Below are positions 41,497 through 52,897 of a stretch of 64,000 bases of DNA, piece by piece. The DNA comes from a virus. Its lineage: Duplodnaviria > Caudoviricetes. The DNA lies in IMG/VR virus record IMGVR_UViG_3300028797_000093; one strand, given 5' to 3'. The translations under genes were made by a program, and so were the position numbers. The notes below the pieces were generated by a model. The model was not told the origin of the DNA. It saw only the letters and a program-made list of their open reading frames with translations, and did no database searches. Each line of letters begins with the position of its first letter. Within the stretch, counting starts at the first letter, position 1.

Positions 41497-42699
41497 ATGG
41501 ATATCATTAAAGACAAGACAACACTCACAGAAGAAGAGCTTGCTCAAGTAATCAGTACTCTTGAAGAAGCTAAAAAGAATGATCCCAATATCATAGATGT
41601 GGACTATGAAGAAATAGAGAATGATCCTGATCTGGAACCAGAAAATAAACTGGTTGAGTTAGATGCAAATGGTGTACCTCTTCCTACTACTATTACTGAT
41701 CTTATTGGAGAGAAAGAATCTACTATAAAAGTTACTAATCTATCAATGACAGCTTTCGATACAGATATCAAGAATGATCTGAGAAAGCTAGCTGATGTTG
41801 ATGTTGTTAAGAAGAATCTTGAATCTGTCACAGATATCTCCAAAGAGGAAAATTTAAATTCTATCATTGAAGCCTATGGTGATTATCTTTCTACAGGTGA
41901 TGATAGAATGTATAATAAATTGACTGAAGAAGTTAAGAAAGACATTAGGAAGTACTCCAGTTATATGAGGATTACTCCTAATGAAGCTACTAAGACAGTT
42001 CTGAAAGCTATCTTTAGTCATAGTGCAGTTAAACAGAATAATGCTATTGATATTGAACATATTACTCTAGATGCTATTGGAATGTGTCCATCATCAGATG
42101 AGACTTATCTAGGGTATATGAAAGGATATATTGAGTATATTGATAGAGAAGTTGATAGTAATGATACATATGATGATCTTACTAAGGCTAGACTTCATGA
42201 TATAGCAAAGAGTTTTAAAGATTCTTATACATTCAAACCGATGTATGAGAAGTATGATACTGATAGTAGAACCAGAAAGGCTCTTAGAAGAGATATAGCT
42301 GATAAGAGCAGATATACTAAATACTTTAATGAGTTTAATTACAAGAATGAGAAGTCACTATATAAGATGAGTGAAGCAGGACAATTTGGTAGAGCTCTAT
42401 TTGATATTGTTCTACATTCTGCTGAGTTTACTCTAGATGAAAATAATGATAATTTATTTGGAGTAGATGATGTAAGAAAATTTCTAGTTTTGTTCTTTAA
42501 GACATGTGAGAATCTTAATGCTAATGATCTTAAAGATTCTGCTTATATGTATTACACTATGAAAAATATTACCGAATTATCTAATCCAGAAGAGGCTAAG
42601 ACTCCTTTTGGCGGTGAACTAATTAGTAATATAAAAGAGTTACTAATTTATATCCGCGATAAGGAGGCTAGTTTTAATGCCAATAATCAGTCAAGATAA
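41497..42699 (+). CDS. hypothetical protein
   Basis: 400-aa ORF in operon. Confidence 0.7.
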   Translation: MDIIKDKTTLTEEELAQVISTLEEAKKNDPNIIDVDYEEIENDPDLEPENKLVELDANGVPLPTTITDLIGEKESTIKVTNLSMTAFDTDIKNDLRKLADVDVVKKNLESVTDISKEENLNSIIEAYGDYLSTGDDRMYNKLTEEVKKDIRKYSSYMRITPNEATKTVLKAIFSHSAVKQNNAIDIEHITLDAIGMCPSSDETYLGYMKGYIEYIDREVDSNDTYDDLTKARLHDIAKSFKDSYTFKPMYEKYDTDSRTRKALRRDIADKSRYTKYFNEFNYKNEKSLYKMSEAGQFGRALFDIVLHSAEFTLDENNDNLFGVDDVRKFLVLFFKTCENLNANDLKDSAYMYYTMKNITELSNPEEAKTPFGGELISNIKELLIYIRDKEASFNANNQSR

Positions 42700-45112
42700 T
42701 GTATATATATTAAAATCGCTGATCAAAGCAACTATCAAACCAGATCTTGTACTGACTGTTCTTCAACTAAAGACAGATCAGGAAACAGATCCTAGGACTA
42801 CTTGTAGTTGTTGTTCTTCTGCCTATCAGGTAGAGAGAACTATCCATATATTTGAAGATAGGATCTATAAGTTTACTTACTATAATGAGGGAATCTCTTA
42901 TGAGAATATGATAGGAGAGGTTACCCATATAGAGTGTGATCCTAATTACCCAGATAGTGGATATGTAGAAGTAAAAGCTTATGTTGATGAAGCTGACATT
43001 GAAAGAAAAGTATACGCTAATATTAAGAGAATTCCTATAGCTAATATTCAAGATGCTATAGATATTACACCTTATGATAGTCCAATTGATAAAGGAGATG
43101 ACTATAAACTCATGATCTTAGGAATCAGTGCTCAGAAGGTAAGAGCTCTAGTAATCAATCTGAAGATGATCAATGACAATGAGCTAGATCAGGCAGTTAA
43201 GGAAGTCTCCTTGATTGTTGGAAATAAATACAAAGTATGTTACAATAGTAAAGAGAATGAACTAGACTGCTTTAAGGGAACTCTTACAGGTATGCTAGAG
43301 ATCCCCAATCTTGATCAAGCATTTGCTACAGGTTATAATCCAAACTGTGGATTTGTAAGAGAAGATGGTGAATGTAAATATCCTGAATATAATAAGTATT
43401 ATCTAGGTACTGGAGAATGCTGTTGTGATGGTTGTCCTATAGCAGGTAATTGTCATACAGAAGAGGAAATCTCCTTCTATAATAATACTTATGATAAAGA
43501 TAGATTCCTTAGACTACCTGAAAATATGGTATCTGATGTTCTATTAACTTTTGATATTACTACAGACGAGGATACTTCTACTGTATATAAAAAGATCTAT
43601 CTGTCTCAGATCAGAGATGTATGTGATATGTATCACTACGAAGATCCTGCAAGTACTGATCTTGAGGTAGAAGCTGTTAATAGCACTCTATTTATTTATG
43701 CTAAGAATTCTAGAATTGTAGCCATTAAAGATGGTGAATATAGTAGTTGGGATGAAGCTAATATTAAACCAATTGATATTCATGCCATTTATCCTAATAG
43801 CTATATTCCTACTATGGTTAACATGTATGGTGATGGACAATTTACAGTATTATCAGAATTTATTGATGATACAAGAGCGTTAAAGAACATTAACTTTACA
43901 AGAACAGAGACTACATTAGAAGAGAAAGTAGAAGATTTTGTATCTAAATTTAATGCTTGGGTGGTAAATCATCTATGCTATAATGGAGATTACACTAAGC
44001 CTCTATTAACTGCTTTTTTATCTAATGTAGATGAAACTAATATTATTACCTTTAGGATTAACTATTATAATTCAAATAATATCTCTAATATTGGACAGTT
44101 CATTCAGCTTCTAAATCCAGAAGTTATTGATGACTTCCTTACTAGTGTAGTAATGAAGAGTCTAAATACTATTGATATGACCATCAATGATATTCTAATA
44201 TATGATGATGGTGAAGTTAATCTAGATAATCTATATAAATATATTAAGAGTATATTGGTAAGATTCCTAACTGATGCTACTAATAAAGCTTATGTAAGCA
44301 ATCTAATTTATACTCTTAATGACAATGATAGTCTACTATTTGATTCTGATGAATATAGTGTTCATTATGAGATTAAATACGTTAATGAGACAGATAAAGA
44401 AGAGTTTGAAGATAAAATTGATCTTCTGAATGAACTTGTAAACTTTAGTCTTGTTAAAGGGTCTGATATAGGATTTGATGCTTATAAAGACGATGATGTA
44501 CTGGTTATGGAAGTACAAACTCATAAAGTTTTAGATAACTATCTGAAGAATATTAGTTCTGATCGTAGAAATGCTATCAATAAATTTAATATCAAGAGTT
44601 TTCTTGAGATTTTTGATCATATTGATATTCTAAACGATGACAATCCGTTCAGTATTGATAATGGTGAGGTAAATATTACCTTTAATCCTGATACAAATAC
44701 TGTAGTAAGTATTGATGATAAGACTTTTAATGATCTTATGATTCTTATTCAGAAATTTAATAGAGTAATCTGCCATATTCTTTGTAACTTGCAGAATACT
44801 CTACTATATAAGAATGATAATACAAAAGTACAAATTGTAGATCCTAATAAGATCTTTAATATGGAGCCTATTGATACTTCTTATGAGATCTATGATCCTA
44901 AAGGATTCTATAAACTCTGTAAAGCATTTGAAGATCTATTTACGGATCTTATGAATACAACAAATATGAGTAATTTTGATTACTCCAGTACTCTTACTAC
45001 TACATATAAAGATTCCGCTATTTTTAATGCTTCTGGTATTTGGAATATTGGACATATTGGTTCTCTTACTATTCCATTTACTCTTAATTATATTACAGTA
45101 AGAAATACTTAA
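42677..45112 (+). CDS. large hypothetical protein, probably structural
   Basis: 811 aa, AAGGAGG RBS, Cys-rich patches. Confidence 0.65.
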   Translation: MPIISQDNVYILKSLIKATIKPDLVLTVLQLKTDQETDPRTTCSCCSSAYQVERTIHIFEDRIYKFTYYNEGISYENMIGEVTHIECDPNYPDSGYVEVKAYVDEADIERKVYANIKRIPIANIQDAIDITPYDSPIDKGDDYKLMILGISAQKVRALVINLKMINDNELDQAVKEVSLIVGNKYKVCYNSKENELDCFKGTLTGMLEIPNLDQAFATGYNPNCGFVREDGECKYPEYNKYYLGTGECCCDGCPIAGNCHTEEEISFYNNTYDKDRFLRLPENMVSDVLLTFDITTDEDTSTVYKKIYLSQIRDVCDMYHYEDPASTDLEVEAVNSTLFIYAKNSRIVAIKDGEYSSWDEANIKPIDIHAIYPNSYIPTMVNMYGDGQFTVLSEFIDDTRALKNINFTRTETTLEEKVEDFVSKFNAWVVNHLCYNGDYTKPLLTAFLSNVDETNIITFRINYYNSNNISNIGQFIQLLNPEVIDDFLTSVVMKSLNTIDMTINDILIYDDGEVNLDNLYKYIKSILVRFLTDATNKAYVSNLIYTLNDNDSLLFDSDEYSVHYEIKYVNETDKEEFEDKIDLLNELVNFSLVKGSDIGFDAYKDDDVLVMEVQTHKVLDNYLKNISSDRRNAINKFNIKSFLEIFDHIDILNDDNPFSIDNGEVNITFNPDTNTVVSIDDKTFNDLMILIQKFNRVICHILCNLQNTLLYKNDNTKVQIVDPNKIFNMEPIDTSYEIYDPKGFYKLCKAFEDLFTDLMNTTNMSNFDYSSTLTTTYKDSAIFNASGIWNIGHIGSLTIPFTLNYITVRNT

Positions 45113-45254
45113 ATACTAATAAAATATAGTAGGTAGTTCTTTATGAGCTACCTACTTATTTATTCATATTTGAATGGATATATGAATAAAATCATTTAAC
45201 AATTGAATAAATAAAAATATATTTTCTCATATACAAAGGTAGGGACCATTTGCT

Positions 45255-45728
45255 ATGACTGCTTTAGAATTTATTGCTACTATAGTCGGTATTATTCTAG
45301 GTAGTTCAGCATTAACAGTTTTGCTGAATAATCTTCATGATCGTTGGAAATTAAATCAGGAAAGGAAGAACTCAAAAGAAGATAAACAAGAAGAAAAAGA
45401 GAATATAGTAGATGATCTTCAATCTGCTACTAATTCTCAAGAGAAAAAGATTGAAGCTCTAGAGAATCTATCCAGTAATATGGCAGAAGCTCTTAAGTAT
45501 CTGCTATTGGATAAGATTCTATTCTTAGGTTCTAAATACATTAGAAGAAACTCCATTACTCTAGAAGAGCGTAAGATACTGAAGGCTATGTATAATGTAT
45601 ATCATAATGGTCTCGAAGGTAATGGAGATGCTGATTTTATCATGAAAGGTGTAGATGCTATTACACCAAATGAACTAAAACAGCATGATAATGAAGATAA
45701 GATCAAGAAAGATGATAATGATAATTAA
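45255..45728 (+). CDS. membrane-anchored lysis-module (holin-like) protein
   Basis: N-terminal transmembrane segment, coiled coil, MY..YH..L.GNG motif common in Firmicute phages. Confidence 0.55.
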   Translation: MTALEFIATIVGIILGSSALTVLLNNLHDRWKLNQERKNSKEDKQEEKENIVDDLQSATNSQEKKIEALENLSSNMAEALKYLLLDKILFLGSKYIRRNSITLEERKILKAMYNVYHNGLEGNGDADFIMKGVDAITPNELKQHDNEDKIKKDDNDN

Positions 45729-45839
45729 AAAACAAAAGGATATAGGTTCCATTCCTATATCCTATTTTATTAAGTTAATATATTCCACATCTTAGTAAAA
45801 ATATTATAATGTAATATATAGATTGGAAGTGATTATAAA

Positions 45840-46583
45840 TTGAAATATAAATTTCCTGAGTTTACTAAGCTTATAGATGACACTCTAGTATTTAGTGGAG
45901 ATGGATCTTTTGTTTTTTATGTTCCAGAGGTTTATTTTGATAGAAAGAATGCAGAGATTGAAGGAGAATTTGTAAATCTTATTGGAGTAATTGACTACTC
46001 CGTATTTGATAAAGATGGAAAGTCTATTACTGGTCTTAAGAATTTTGATCTTCCTACAAGATTTTTAACTAGACCTTCTACTATTGATAAGATTAAGAAT
46101 GTTAAGCTAACAAGAACCACTGCTCCTAATGATTATAGAGTTCTTACTTATTATAACAATGATCCTATATTTACAACTATTAGGTTAACTCAAGATATTA
46201 TTAATGTAGAGGATTTCTTTAAGATCTTCAAATCCGGAAAACTTCCTACTACTATTCCTTATGATAAATTACCATTCTATTTTATTGAAGGCGGAGCTAT
46301 GAATAATATCAATTTCAAACTCTCTCTTCAGATCTTTGGTATAGTCATTAGTGAATACTGTAGAAATCCTAATAATCTTAAAGAGCCTTTTAGATATACA
46401 GATATGAAGAACATGACAGCATATAAACCACTTAATATTGTAGATATTCCTAAGTACACAACACCATATGCATCACTTACTAGTGAGAACTGGGATAATG
46501 CTGTAATGGGCTCTATTCTTAATCAAAGCGATGCAAAATCTCCCATGGAAAAAATGTTAATGGAGAGCCAATCTGAAGACTAA
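45840..46583 (+). CDS. possible beta' extreme C-terminal subunit of a second (virion) RNA polymerase
   Basis: IFGIVISEYCR...TPYASLTSEN...AV...SPMEKML resembles the beta' C-terminal HIEVIVRQM...SAASFQE region. 37977..40331 already has its own copy of this region. Confidence 0.45.
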   Translation: MKYKFPEFTKLIDDTLVFSGDGSFVFYVPEVYFDRKNAEIEGEFVNLIGVIDYSVFDKDGKSITGLKNFDLPTRFLTRPSTIDKIKNVKLTRTTAPNDYRVLTYYNNDPIFTTIRLTQDIINVEDFFKIFKSGKLPTTIPYDKLPFYFIEGGAMNNINFKLSLQIFGIVISEYCRNPNNLKEPFRYTDMKNMTAYKPLNIVDIPKYTTPYASLTSENWDNAVMGSILNQSDAKSPMEKMLMESQSED

Positions 46584-46588
46584 CTATT

Positions 46589-46600
46589 AACATACCAGTA
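46589..46600 (+). promoter_or_regulatory. late promoter AACA-N6-TA (tail sheath)
   Basis: AACATACCAGTA. Confidence 0.65.
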
Positions 46601-46685
46601 AAATTGGTAGTTATTTTTTATCCAATAATCATTAATAAAATAATCTACTGAGAAAGGTTTTTGATAAAAGGAGGAAAAGTAATAT

Positions 46686-48791
46686 ATGTATCCAGGAACT
46701 ATAATTGAATACGTAGATCAATCATTTATTGAACCTATTACTATAGAAACTGTTGCAAATAGACCTCTTCTGTTTGCACTGTTTACTTCTGATAAAGGTC
46801 CTGAATCCTTCCAGCGTGTTTATGGTAAGGATTTCTTCAGCCTTTACGGTAATGAGATTTCTTTCGAGAAGCATGGTCAGCCTCTTCTGCAGGCTGCTAT
46901 GTCTATTAATGCTGGTGCTGAACTGTTCTGCAAGCGTATTGTAGCTAACGACTCTACTCTTGCTGGTCGTTCTGTCATCGCTAAGATCAGGACTCCTGTT
47001 GGTGGTACTGATGATATCACCAAGCCAACTATCACCCATTATTCATATTATCCTGGTAGTATCAGTCCTACTGATGCTGAAACTCTTTCTGAAGCTACTA
47101 AGAACTACTGTGAAGAGCTTTTCCGTATCAAGGGTGAGACTGAAGACGTTTATAAGGCAAATCCCGGTACTCAGCTCTATACCGAGAGAACTTGTACTAC
47201 TAAAGTAACCACTGCAGTTACTGATCTTTGTGATGCTGATGGTCTTCTTCTGGTAGATAAGGTTGTACATTATGGTACTTCTGGTGTTACTGAGGGTGCC
47301 TGGTATTTCACTGTATCTAGTACTAATTACTTTGTAGTAGAAAAAGATGCGAACAATAATGTTCAGCTGGAAGATATCTCCAATGAGCATTGGTTCCCTC
47401 TATTTGCTATCACTGAGAATGGTCGTGGTGTTTCCACTAAGTCTTATGATGTACTGGAGAACTCCAGACTGAGTAAGAACCTGAGCTTTGCCGTATATGA
47501 TATTGAGGTTCATGAAGGCCTTGATGTTATTGAGACAATTCACTTCTCCATGGATCCCAGTGCTATCTCTGGTACTACTAGCATGAGCCTTAATGAACAG
47601 GCTCGTGGTGCTATTCAGTTTGATGCTTATCAGGATTCTGCTCAGTATGATAATATGATTCAGCTGATCATGAATAATACTGGTAAGACTAAGGCTGAGA
47701 TTGTAGCAGAAGACTTTGTATTTGCCAGAACCCGTGCTGGCCAGACCAATCTTACTTGGCTTGGTTATATGGATGGTTCTGATGGCAACGTAGAGCATAT
47801 TATTAAGACAGATACTAACTCCGAGACCAATATCAATATTAATAATTATACTGCTCTTGGTATGGTTGGTGGTAGTAATGGTAGCTTTGGTAGCAGACCT
47901 ATCAATGCAGCAACATATGGCTCTGCCATGAATGCTGTGTTTGGTATCGACTCCGTTACCAATGTCGAAAACTATCCCGAAATCTATAACCTCGACGAGC
48001 ATAAGATTATGGCTATCGTCGATGCAAACTATCCTGATGTAGTAAAGGCAAGTCTATCTGAGTTTGTAGCTGTTCGTGAAGACTGCATGTTCCTGCGTGA
48101 TATGGGCACCAATGGCCTGAACACTGCAACTGCGATCACTAATGCTGCAAGCCTGGTAACTAATAAGAGTAAGTTTACTGCTCTTTACTGCCAGTATTAT
48201 GATATTAAAGATCCTTATACTTATAAGCAGATTACTGTATCTATTGGCTACAGCCTGGTTCGTCTGCTGATCAACCAGTATAACAATGGCATCAACCTGC
48301 CTCTTGCTGGTCAGAAGTATAACGTAACTATTCCTGAGGCCATTTATGGTACTCTGAACTTTGCTCCTCTGAATCTGCCTTCTGGCAATCAGAAGGAAGC
48401 TTTTGATGATGCTCGTCTGAACTATGCATCTTACTTCGGTGATCTGCTGGTTCTTGAGACTGAGTATACTACTTACGAGAAGTTCAGCCAGTTCTCTTAC
48501 CTGAACAACATCCTTGGTATTCAGGAAGCCATTCGTGCTGTACGTACTCGTTGTCCTCTTATCCGGTACTCCTTCATCAGTGGTGGCGACTTCGACGCTT
48601 ACCAGGCTGATGTTAATGCAGTACTGTCTAACTACACCAACAACTTCGTCTCCCTTGAGCTGGAGTATCTTGGTGATGATACTTATGTTGCTAATAAGAT
48701 TTTCTATGCTGCTATCAAGGTCAGGTTCAAAGACTTCGTCCAGACTGAATGGTTCAAGGTCATTGCTCTTGGCACTAATAGTGAAGCATAA
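46686..48791 (+). CDS. contractile tail sheath protein
   Basis: N-terminal MYPG..I..VDQS, KGP, FF..YG; C-terminal R.DC...D and LNN...I sheath signatures; followed by a tube-sized gene. Confidence 0.85.
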   Translation: MYPGTIIEYVDQSFIEPITIETVANRPLLFALFTSDKGPESFQRVYGKDFFSLYGNEISFEKHGQPLLQAAMSINAGAELFCKRIVANDSTLAGRSVIAKIRTPVGGTDDITKPTITHYSYYPGSISPTDAETLSEATKNYCEELFRIKGETEDVYKANPGTQLYTERTCTTKVTTAVTDLCDADGLLLVDKVVHYGTSGVTEGAWYFTVSSTNYFVVEKDANNNVQLEDISNEHWFPLFAITENGRGVSTKSYDVLENSRLSKNLSFAVYDIEVHEGLDVIETIHFSMDPSAISGTTSMSLNEQARGAIQFDAYQDSAQYDNMIQLIMNNTGKTKAEIVAEDFVFARTRAGQTNLTWLGYMDGSDGNVEHIIKTDTNSETNININNYTALGMVGGSNGSFGSRPINAATYGSAMNAVFGIDSVTNVENYPEIYNLDEHKIMAIVDANYPDVVKASLSEFVAVREDCMFLRDMGTNGLNTATAITNAASLVTNKSKFTALYCQYYDIKDPYTYKQITVSIGYSLVRLLINQYNNGINLPLAGQKYNVTIPEAIYGTLNFAPLNLPSGNQKEAFDDARLNYASYFGDLLVLETEYTTYEKFSQFSYLNNILGIQEAIRAVRTRCPLIRYSFISGGDFDAYQADVNAVLSNYTNNFVSLELEYLGDDTYVANKIFYAAIKVRFKDFVQTEWFKVIALGTNSEA

Positions 48792-48832
48792 ATTACTGGG
48801 ATATCTATATCCTGAAAGGAGAATAAGAGAAT

Positions 48833-49726
48833 ATGTTTGAATATCTAAAAGAGCCCCGTAACCTTCTAGGTTATACTCTTATGCGTGGTACTACAGACTG
48901 GACTCAGCTCGAACAGTTCAATCTGTATGAAAAAGGATATCCCTTCCTGATCGTTGTAGGTATCCCTGAATTTCTCCGTACTGCTGCTCAGAAGGATGCT
49001 CGTATGAGCAACCTGATTAAGAACTATGTCCATATTCTGGAGTATGAGTTCCGTGGTATGAGTGGTCTTGCAGATCTTACTGCAAACACCTCTCCTATTA
49101 CCAATGGATTCAATGACTTCAATGTAATTACTCGTACTCAGGAGCAGGGTTCTGAAACCTTTACGTTTAACTATACTGAAAAGTCTGGTTCTACACTCTC
49201 TAAGGTTCAGGAATTCTATCTCCGTGGTGTACGTGACCCCAACAGTGGCTTCAAGCATTATAACGGTCAGATCAATAAGTCTAGTGATTCTCTCTACAAT
49301 CCTGCTGTCAGTGGCAGTATTGGATTTGAGAAGGAAACCTTCAGCTTCCTGTATCTGCATACCGATAACACTGGTCTTATGCTTGAGAGAGCCGTATTCC
49401 TTGTTGGCGCTCAGCCCACTAATGCTCCTTTCAGCACTCTCTACAATGCTGACAAGGGTTCCATCGAGTTTGCTGAGATTGGTGTAGAGTTCATGGCTTA
49501 TCCTATCTATGGCACTGAGGTTGACAAGCGTGCTCAGCAGATCCTGGATTGGATGAACAATGAAGCTGCTAACACCTACCATGTTGCTCGTAACAGCTAC
49601 GACTACAAGTGGTCTCGTGTATCCCCCACCGACTTCAAGGGCAACTCCACGAATGTCTACAAGGGAACTCTTCAGGAGACTCACCTTACTGCTGCTTCTG
49701 GCAACGATGCCAGCTGGATCGAGTAA
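48833..49726 (+). CDS. tail tube protein
   Basis: Follows the sheath; high-expression codons; Y..GVRDP.SG and AQPT.AP motifs. Confidence 0.75.
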   Translation: MFEYLKEPRNLLGYTLMRGTTDWTQLEQFNLYEKGYPFLIVVGIPEFLRTAAQKDARMSNLIKNYVHILEYEFRGMSGLADLTANTSPITNGFNDFNVITRTQEQGSETFTFNYTEKSGSTLSKVQEFYLRGVRDPNSGFKHYNGQINKSSDSLYNPAVSGSIGFEKETFSFLYLHTDNTGLMLERAVFLVGAQPTNAPFSTLYNADKGSIEFAEIGVEFMAYPIYGTEVDKRAQQILDWMNNEAANTYHVARNSYDYKWSRVSPTDFKGNSTNVYKGTLQETHLTAASGNDASWIE

Positions 49727-49828
49727 TAAGATTCTATATGGGATGTACTCTATTATGGGTACATCCCATTTTTATAAAAAATAAGAGGATGGTGAGTAAA
49801 TACCCACCATCCTTTAAATATTGCATAA

Positions 49829-50986
49829 TTAGAGGATTTCGGTTTCCTCAATCACTTCATCTACGTTATCATAGGAATCCATATCCTTATAAAAATTGGA
49901 TAGAACAGAAAATTTACTATATAGATTAATATTAAAATCTGTATTATTCTCCAGATACTCTTTGATTCTGATAGTAGTATCATCAGGTCCATCTGGATAA
50001 TCAGATACAAAGAAATCTTCCAAGAACTTATATATCTTCATCTGGATAAAATCATATGTATATTCAATATCATTATGTTTCCTGATAAGGATATTGCACA
50101 TATTGAAGATATGATTAATCCTATCAAAGTATATATCATAATTCTCTCCAAAGAAGTCTTTTAACTGCTCCAGAATATATCCTGGGTTATCTGCATTAAT
50201 GATTACTAGATAATTATCCATTGCAAGTGATTTATCTAGATTTATAAGATCAGAAAGATCATTATCATATTCTTCTGAATCAAGTTCTACCTGAGTGGCT
50301 TCATTGGTAAACATATAGTTTACAACATCGCTCATCCCAGGAATAGTAGTATCATCAAAGATAATAGACTTATAGATCTTATTAGAAGATGCAATAGTTT
50401 TAATTATTTCACTACCAATAATACTGTAGTTAGTACTATAATATCTTCTAAAGTAGAATTTAAAGTATTCAAGAGATCCATATATAAGAACATTATACTC
50501 ATCTATAGCTTTATCATTATTAGTCTTAAATATAGCAATAGAATGATCTGGATTTCTATTATAAGCAGTCCAGTCTGAAATAAATCTATCAAGAGAATTG
50601 ATAACAATAATACTACCAGGCTGAGATGGATCTACTTCAATCTTCATACCAATGATAATATTAATATATTTAGTAAATCCACTGTTATCTAGTAGCTTCT
50701 TATTTTCAATATAGGTATTATACATTTCTTTATAGATACCTTTAATCTTATTGAAATTAAAGTTACTAGATGCATCTGTATAAAGTCTATATAGTTTATA
50801 AAATGTAGGAATAGGAGGAGTACAATTAATAACCTTGGCAGTAATACTATAAGGAACTCCAGGTTTGGTATAAGTAGACTTCTCCTTTTCTACAGGAACC
50901 TCTTCAACTTTCTTTTTCTTTTTAGAGAAGATATTTAGAATATTCTTTTTCTTTGTGGTAAATGGATTATCAGTCTTTTTTGTCAT
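49829..50986 (-). CDS. hypothetical protein
   Basis: 385-aa ORF coupled to the kinase gene. Confidence 0.65.
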   Translation of the reverse strand: MTKKTDNPFTTKKKNILNIFSKKKKKVEEVPVEKEKSTYTKPGVPYSITAKVINCTPPIPTFYKLYRLYTDASSNFNFNKIKGIYKEMYNTYIENKKLLDNSGFTKYINIIIGMKIEVDPSQPGSIIVINSLDRFISDWTAYNRNPDHSIAIFKTNNDKAIDEYNVLIYGSLEYFKFYFRRYYSTNYSIIGSEIIKTIASSNKIYKSIIFDDTTIPGMSDVVNYMFTNEATQVELDSEEYDNDLSDLINLDKSLAMDNYLVIINADNPGYILEQLKDFFGENYDIYFDRINHIFNMCNILIRKHNDIEYTYDFIQMKIYKFLEDFFVSDYPDGPDDTTIRIKEYLENNTDFNINLYSKFSVLSNFYKDMDSYDNVDEVIEETEIL

Positions 50987-51800
50987 ATAGAGATCTCCTT
51001 TTATCTATAAGAGCTTCTATAAACATATAACTTTCATCCATAATCTTAGTAAAGATAAGTTCTTTACTCTTTTCTCTTTCTGCTTCATCAGTAAGAGTCT
51101 TTACAAAGTCAATCTCAGGAAGACCAATATTAATACTCATAGTATTAGTAGGTCCATTAAGATTCTTGATTCTTTTCTTGATCTTTCTATCTTCAATATT
51201 CTTAGAATAGATAAGATCATATACATAATATACATTACCACTAAGTACTTCATCTACTTCATTAAGATCCTTATTACTTTTAGCTAATCTGATTACTCTA
51301 GCTTTCTCATAAGGCATCCTAAGGAATATACTAAGATCTTCTTGAGGAAGACTAAGTAGATTATATTCAAATCCGTATATCCATTCCACTACATCTATAA
51401 CACTATTTACATCAGGCATCATTCTAGCTGCATTGAATAGATTGGAGTTTACGAATCTATCAAAAAGGATAATATCTACCTTACCCATCTGATCTTCAAT
51501 GATATTTTTATATGTATCATATCTATCAAAAGCATAATACATACTATATTTACAACAAAGTTCTCTATTAAGTTCTAAATCTCTATACTTTGGATTGTTA
51601 AGAAACTGTCTCACAAAGTATGAACTCTCTCTATCGTATTGAGGAAAGCTGGTAGAGAATACAGAGTATCCATCACTTTCCAACTGTTTCTTGAGTGCTG
51701 CTACATTGGTCTCCTTAAAAGAGCAATCTAGTCCTTCAACAGAAATAATTGTTGTCTTAGTTTTATTTAGCATTCTTTCTACCTCTTTTCTGGGTTTCAT
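50970..51800 (-). CDS. tmk: thymidylate (dNMP) kinase
   Basis: ISVEGLDCSFKET P-loop variant, FP.Y, YAFDR and FDRFVNSN motifs. Confidence 0.85.
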   Translation of the reverse strand: MKPRKEVERMLNKTKTTIISVEGLDCSFKETNVAALKKQLESDGYSVFSTSFPQYDRESSYFVRQFLNNPKYRDLELNRELCCKYSMYYAFDRYDTYKNIIEDQMGKVDIILFDRFVNSNLFNAARMMPDVNSVIDVVEWIYGFEYNLLSLPQEDLSIFLRMPYEKARVIRLAKSNKDLNEVDEVLSGNVYYVYDLIYSKNIEDRKIKKRIKNLNGPTNTMSINIGLPEIDFVKTLTDEAEREKSKELIFTKIMDESYMFIEALIDKRRSLYDKKD

Positions 51801-52014
51801 TTATTTTAATACCATATATAGGCATATTCTTATTAGTACTTACATTAACCAATCCTCTATTAATCTTTTCTTTTCTGCGAGCTATTTCTTTTTCATTCCA
51901 TCCACATCTATGACATTGTGTAGGGTCACAATCTGTTTTAGATTTTTGTAATATACACCCTTCAATCAAATTAAAGGTTTCTTTTCTACTCAAGTGGTTA
52001 TTCAACTCCTTCAA
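51763..52014 (-). CDS. small Cys-rich protein
   Basis: C...C....C..CGWN. Confidence 0.45.
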   Translation of the reverse strand: MKELNNHLSRKETFNLIEGCILQKSKTDCDPTQCHRCGWNEKEIARRKEKINRGLVNVSTNKNMPIYGIKINETQKRGRKNAK

Positions 52015-52072
52015 ATATATTTGTAAGAGTTAAAGAGAGTATACTAATAAACAGTATACTCTCTTATAAATA

Positions 52073-52897
52073 TCATTCTGTAGGTCTATTCTTTAAATCT
52101 TCAACCTTAGCAGCAATCTTGGGTTTTGCTTCTTCCATCATCTCATCCCAATCACCATTAAGGAAGTAAGTATTATTTCCATTATAATAAGTAGTAATAT
52201 TATTATTCTTATCTTTAATTCTCTTAATATAACCATCAAGAAGTTCAAAATCTCTTTCATAACAATGATAAGAGTTAGCTCTATGAGTATATGATCCAAC
52301 AGGAATATTCAGAGCTTCTGCTACTTTCTGCTGAATAGCAACCAGAGCATACATGTTCATAAAAGCAGCTTTACAAGCATCATTAGATCTAAATAGAGCT
52401 TTAAGATGTAAAGATCCATTACGAATAAAGAACTGCATGTGCTGAAGACAAGCAGGATCATCACTATACATATCAGAAGCATTATCTCTGATATTAATAA
52501 CAGCTCTACGACTATCAGGATTTCTTTTTAGATCTTCAATTACAAACTGAATCTGATCAGCAAATGGAGTCTCTAGTTTGAAAATATTAGGATTCACAGG
52601 GAACTGAGTCATTCTCTGATGATAAGTATACTTCCAATTACCTCTATCAACTTCAAAGTCAAGAATACCATCCACCATTTCCTGAACATACTGCTCTAAA
52701 TCATCAGGTCCACCTGCAAATAGAGCTGAAATACGAGGCTCAAGAAGAGGACGTTCTACAACCATAGTCATACTAAGTTCTTTCTGAGTTGTATTATAAT
52801 CTGGGCAATTTACAATCTCTCCTTCTCTCTGAAGCCAATCAAGAGAGCAATGATAAACTTCAGGAAGAATATTACCAGTAATAAAGCACTCTTTCAT
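52073..52897 (-). CDS. thymidylate synthase-family enzyme (ThyA-like or dUMP hydroxymethylase)
   Basis: YTY..R, SRRAV, PACL, RSND, Asn specificity residue (FMNMYAL) and S.H.Y motifs. Confidence 0.88.
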   Translation of the reverse strand: MKECFITGNILPEVYHCSLDWLQREGEIVNCPDYNTTQKELSMTMVVERPLLEPRISALFAGGPDDLEQYVQEMVDGILDFEVDRGNWKYTYHQRMTQFPVNPNIFKLETPFADQIQFVIEDLKRNPDSRRAVINIRDNASDMYSDDPACLQHMQFFIRNGSLHLKALFRSNDACKAAFMNMYALVAIQQKVAEALNIPVGSYTHRANSYHCYERDFELLDGYIKRIKDKNNNITTYYNGNNTYFLNGDWDEMMEEAKPKIAAKVEDLKNRPTE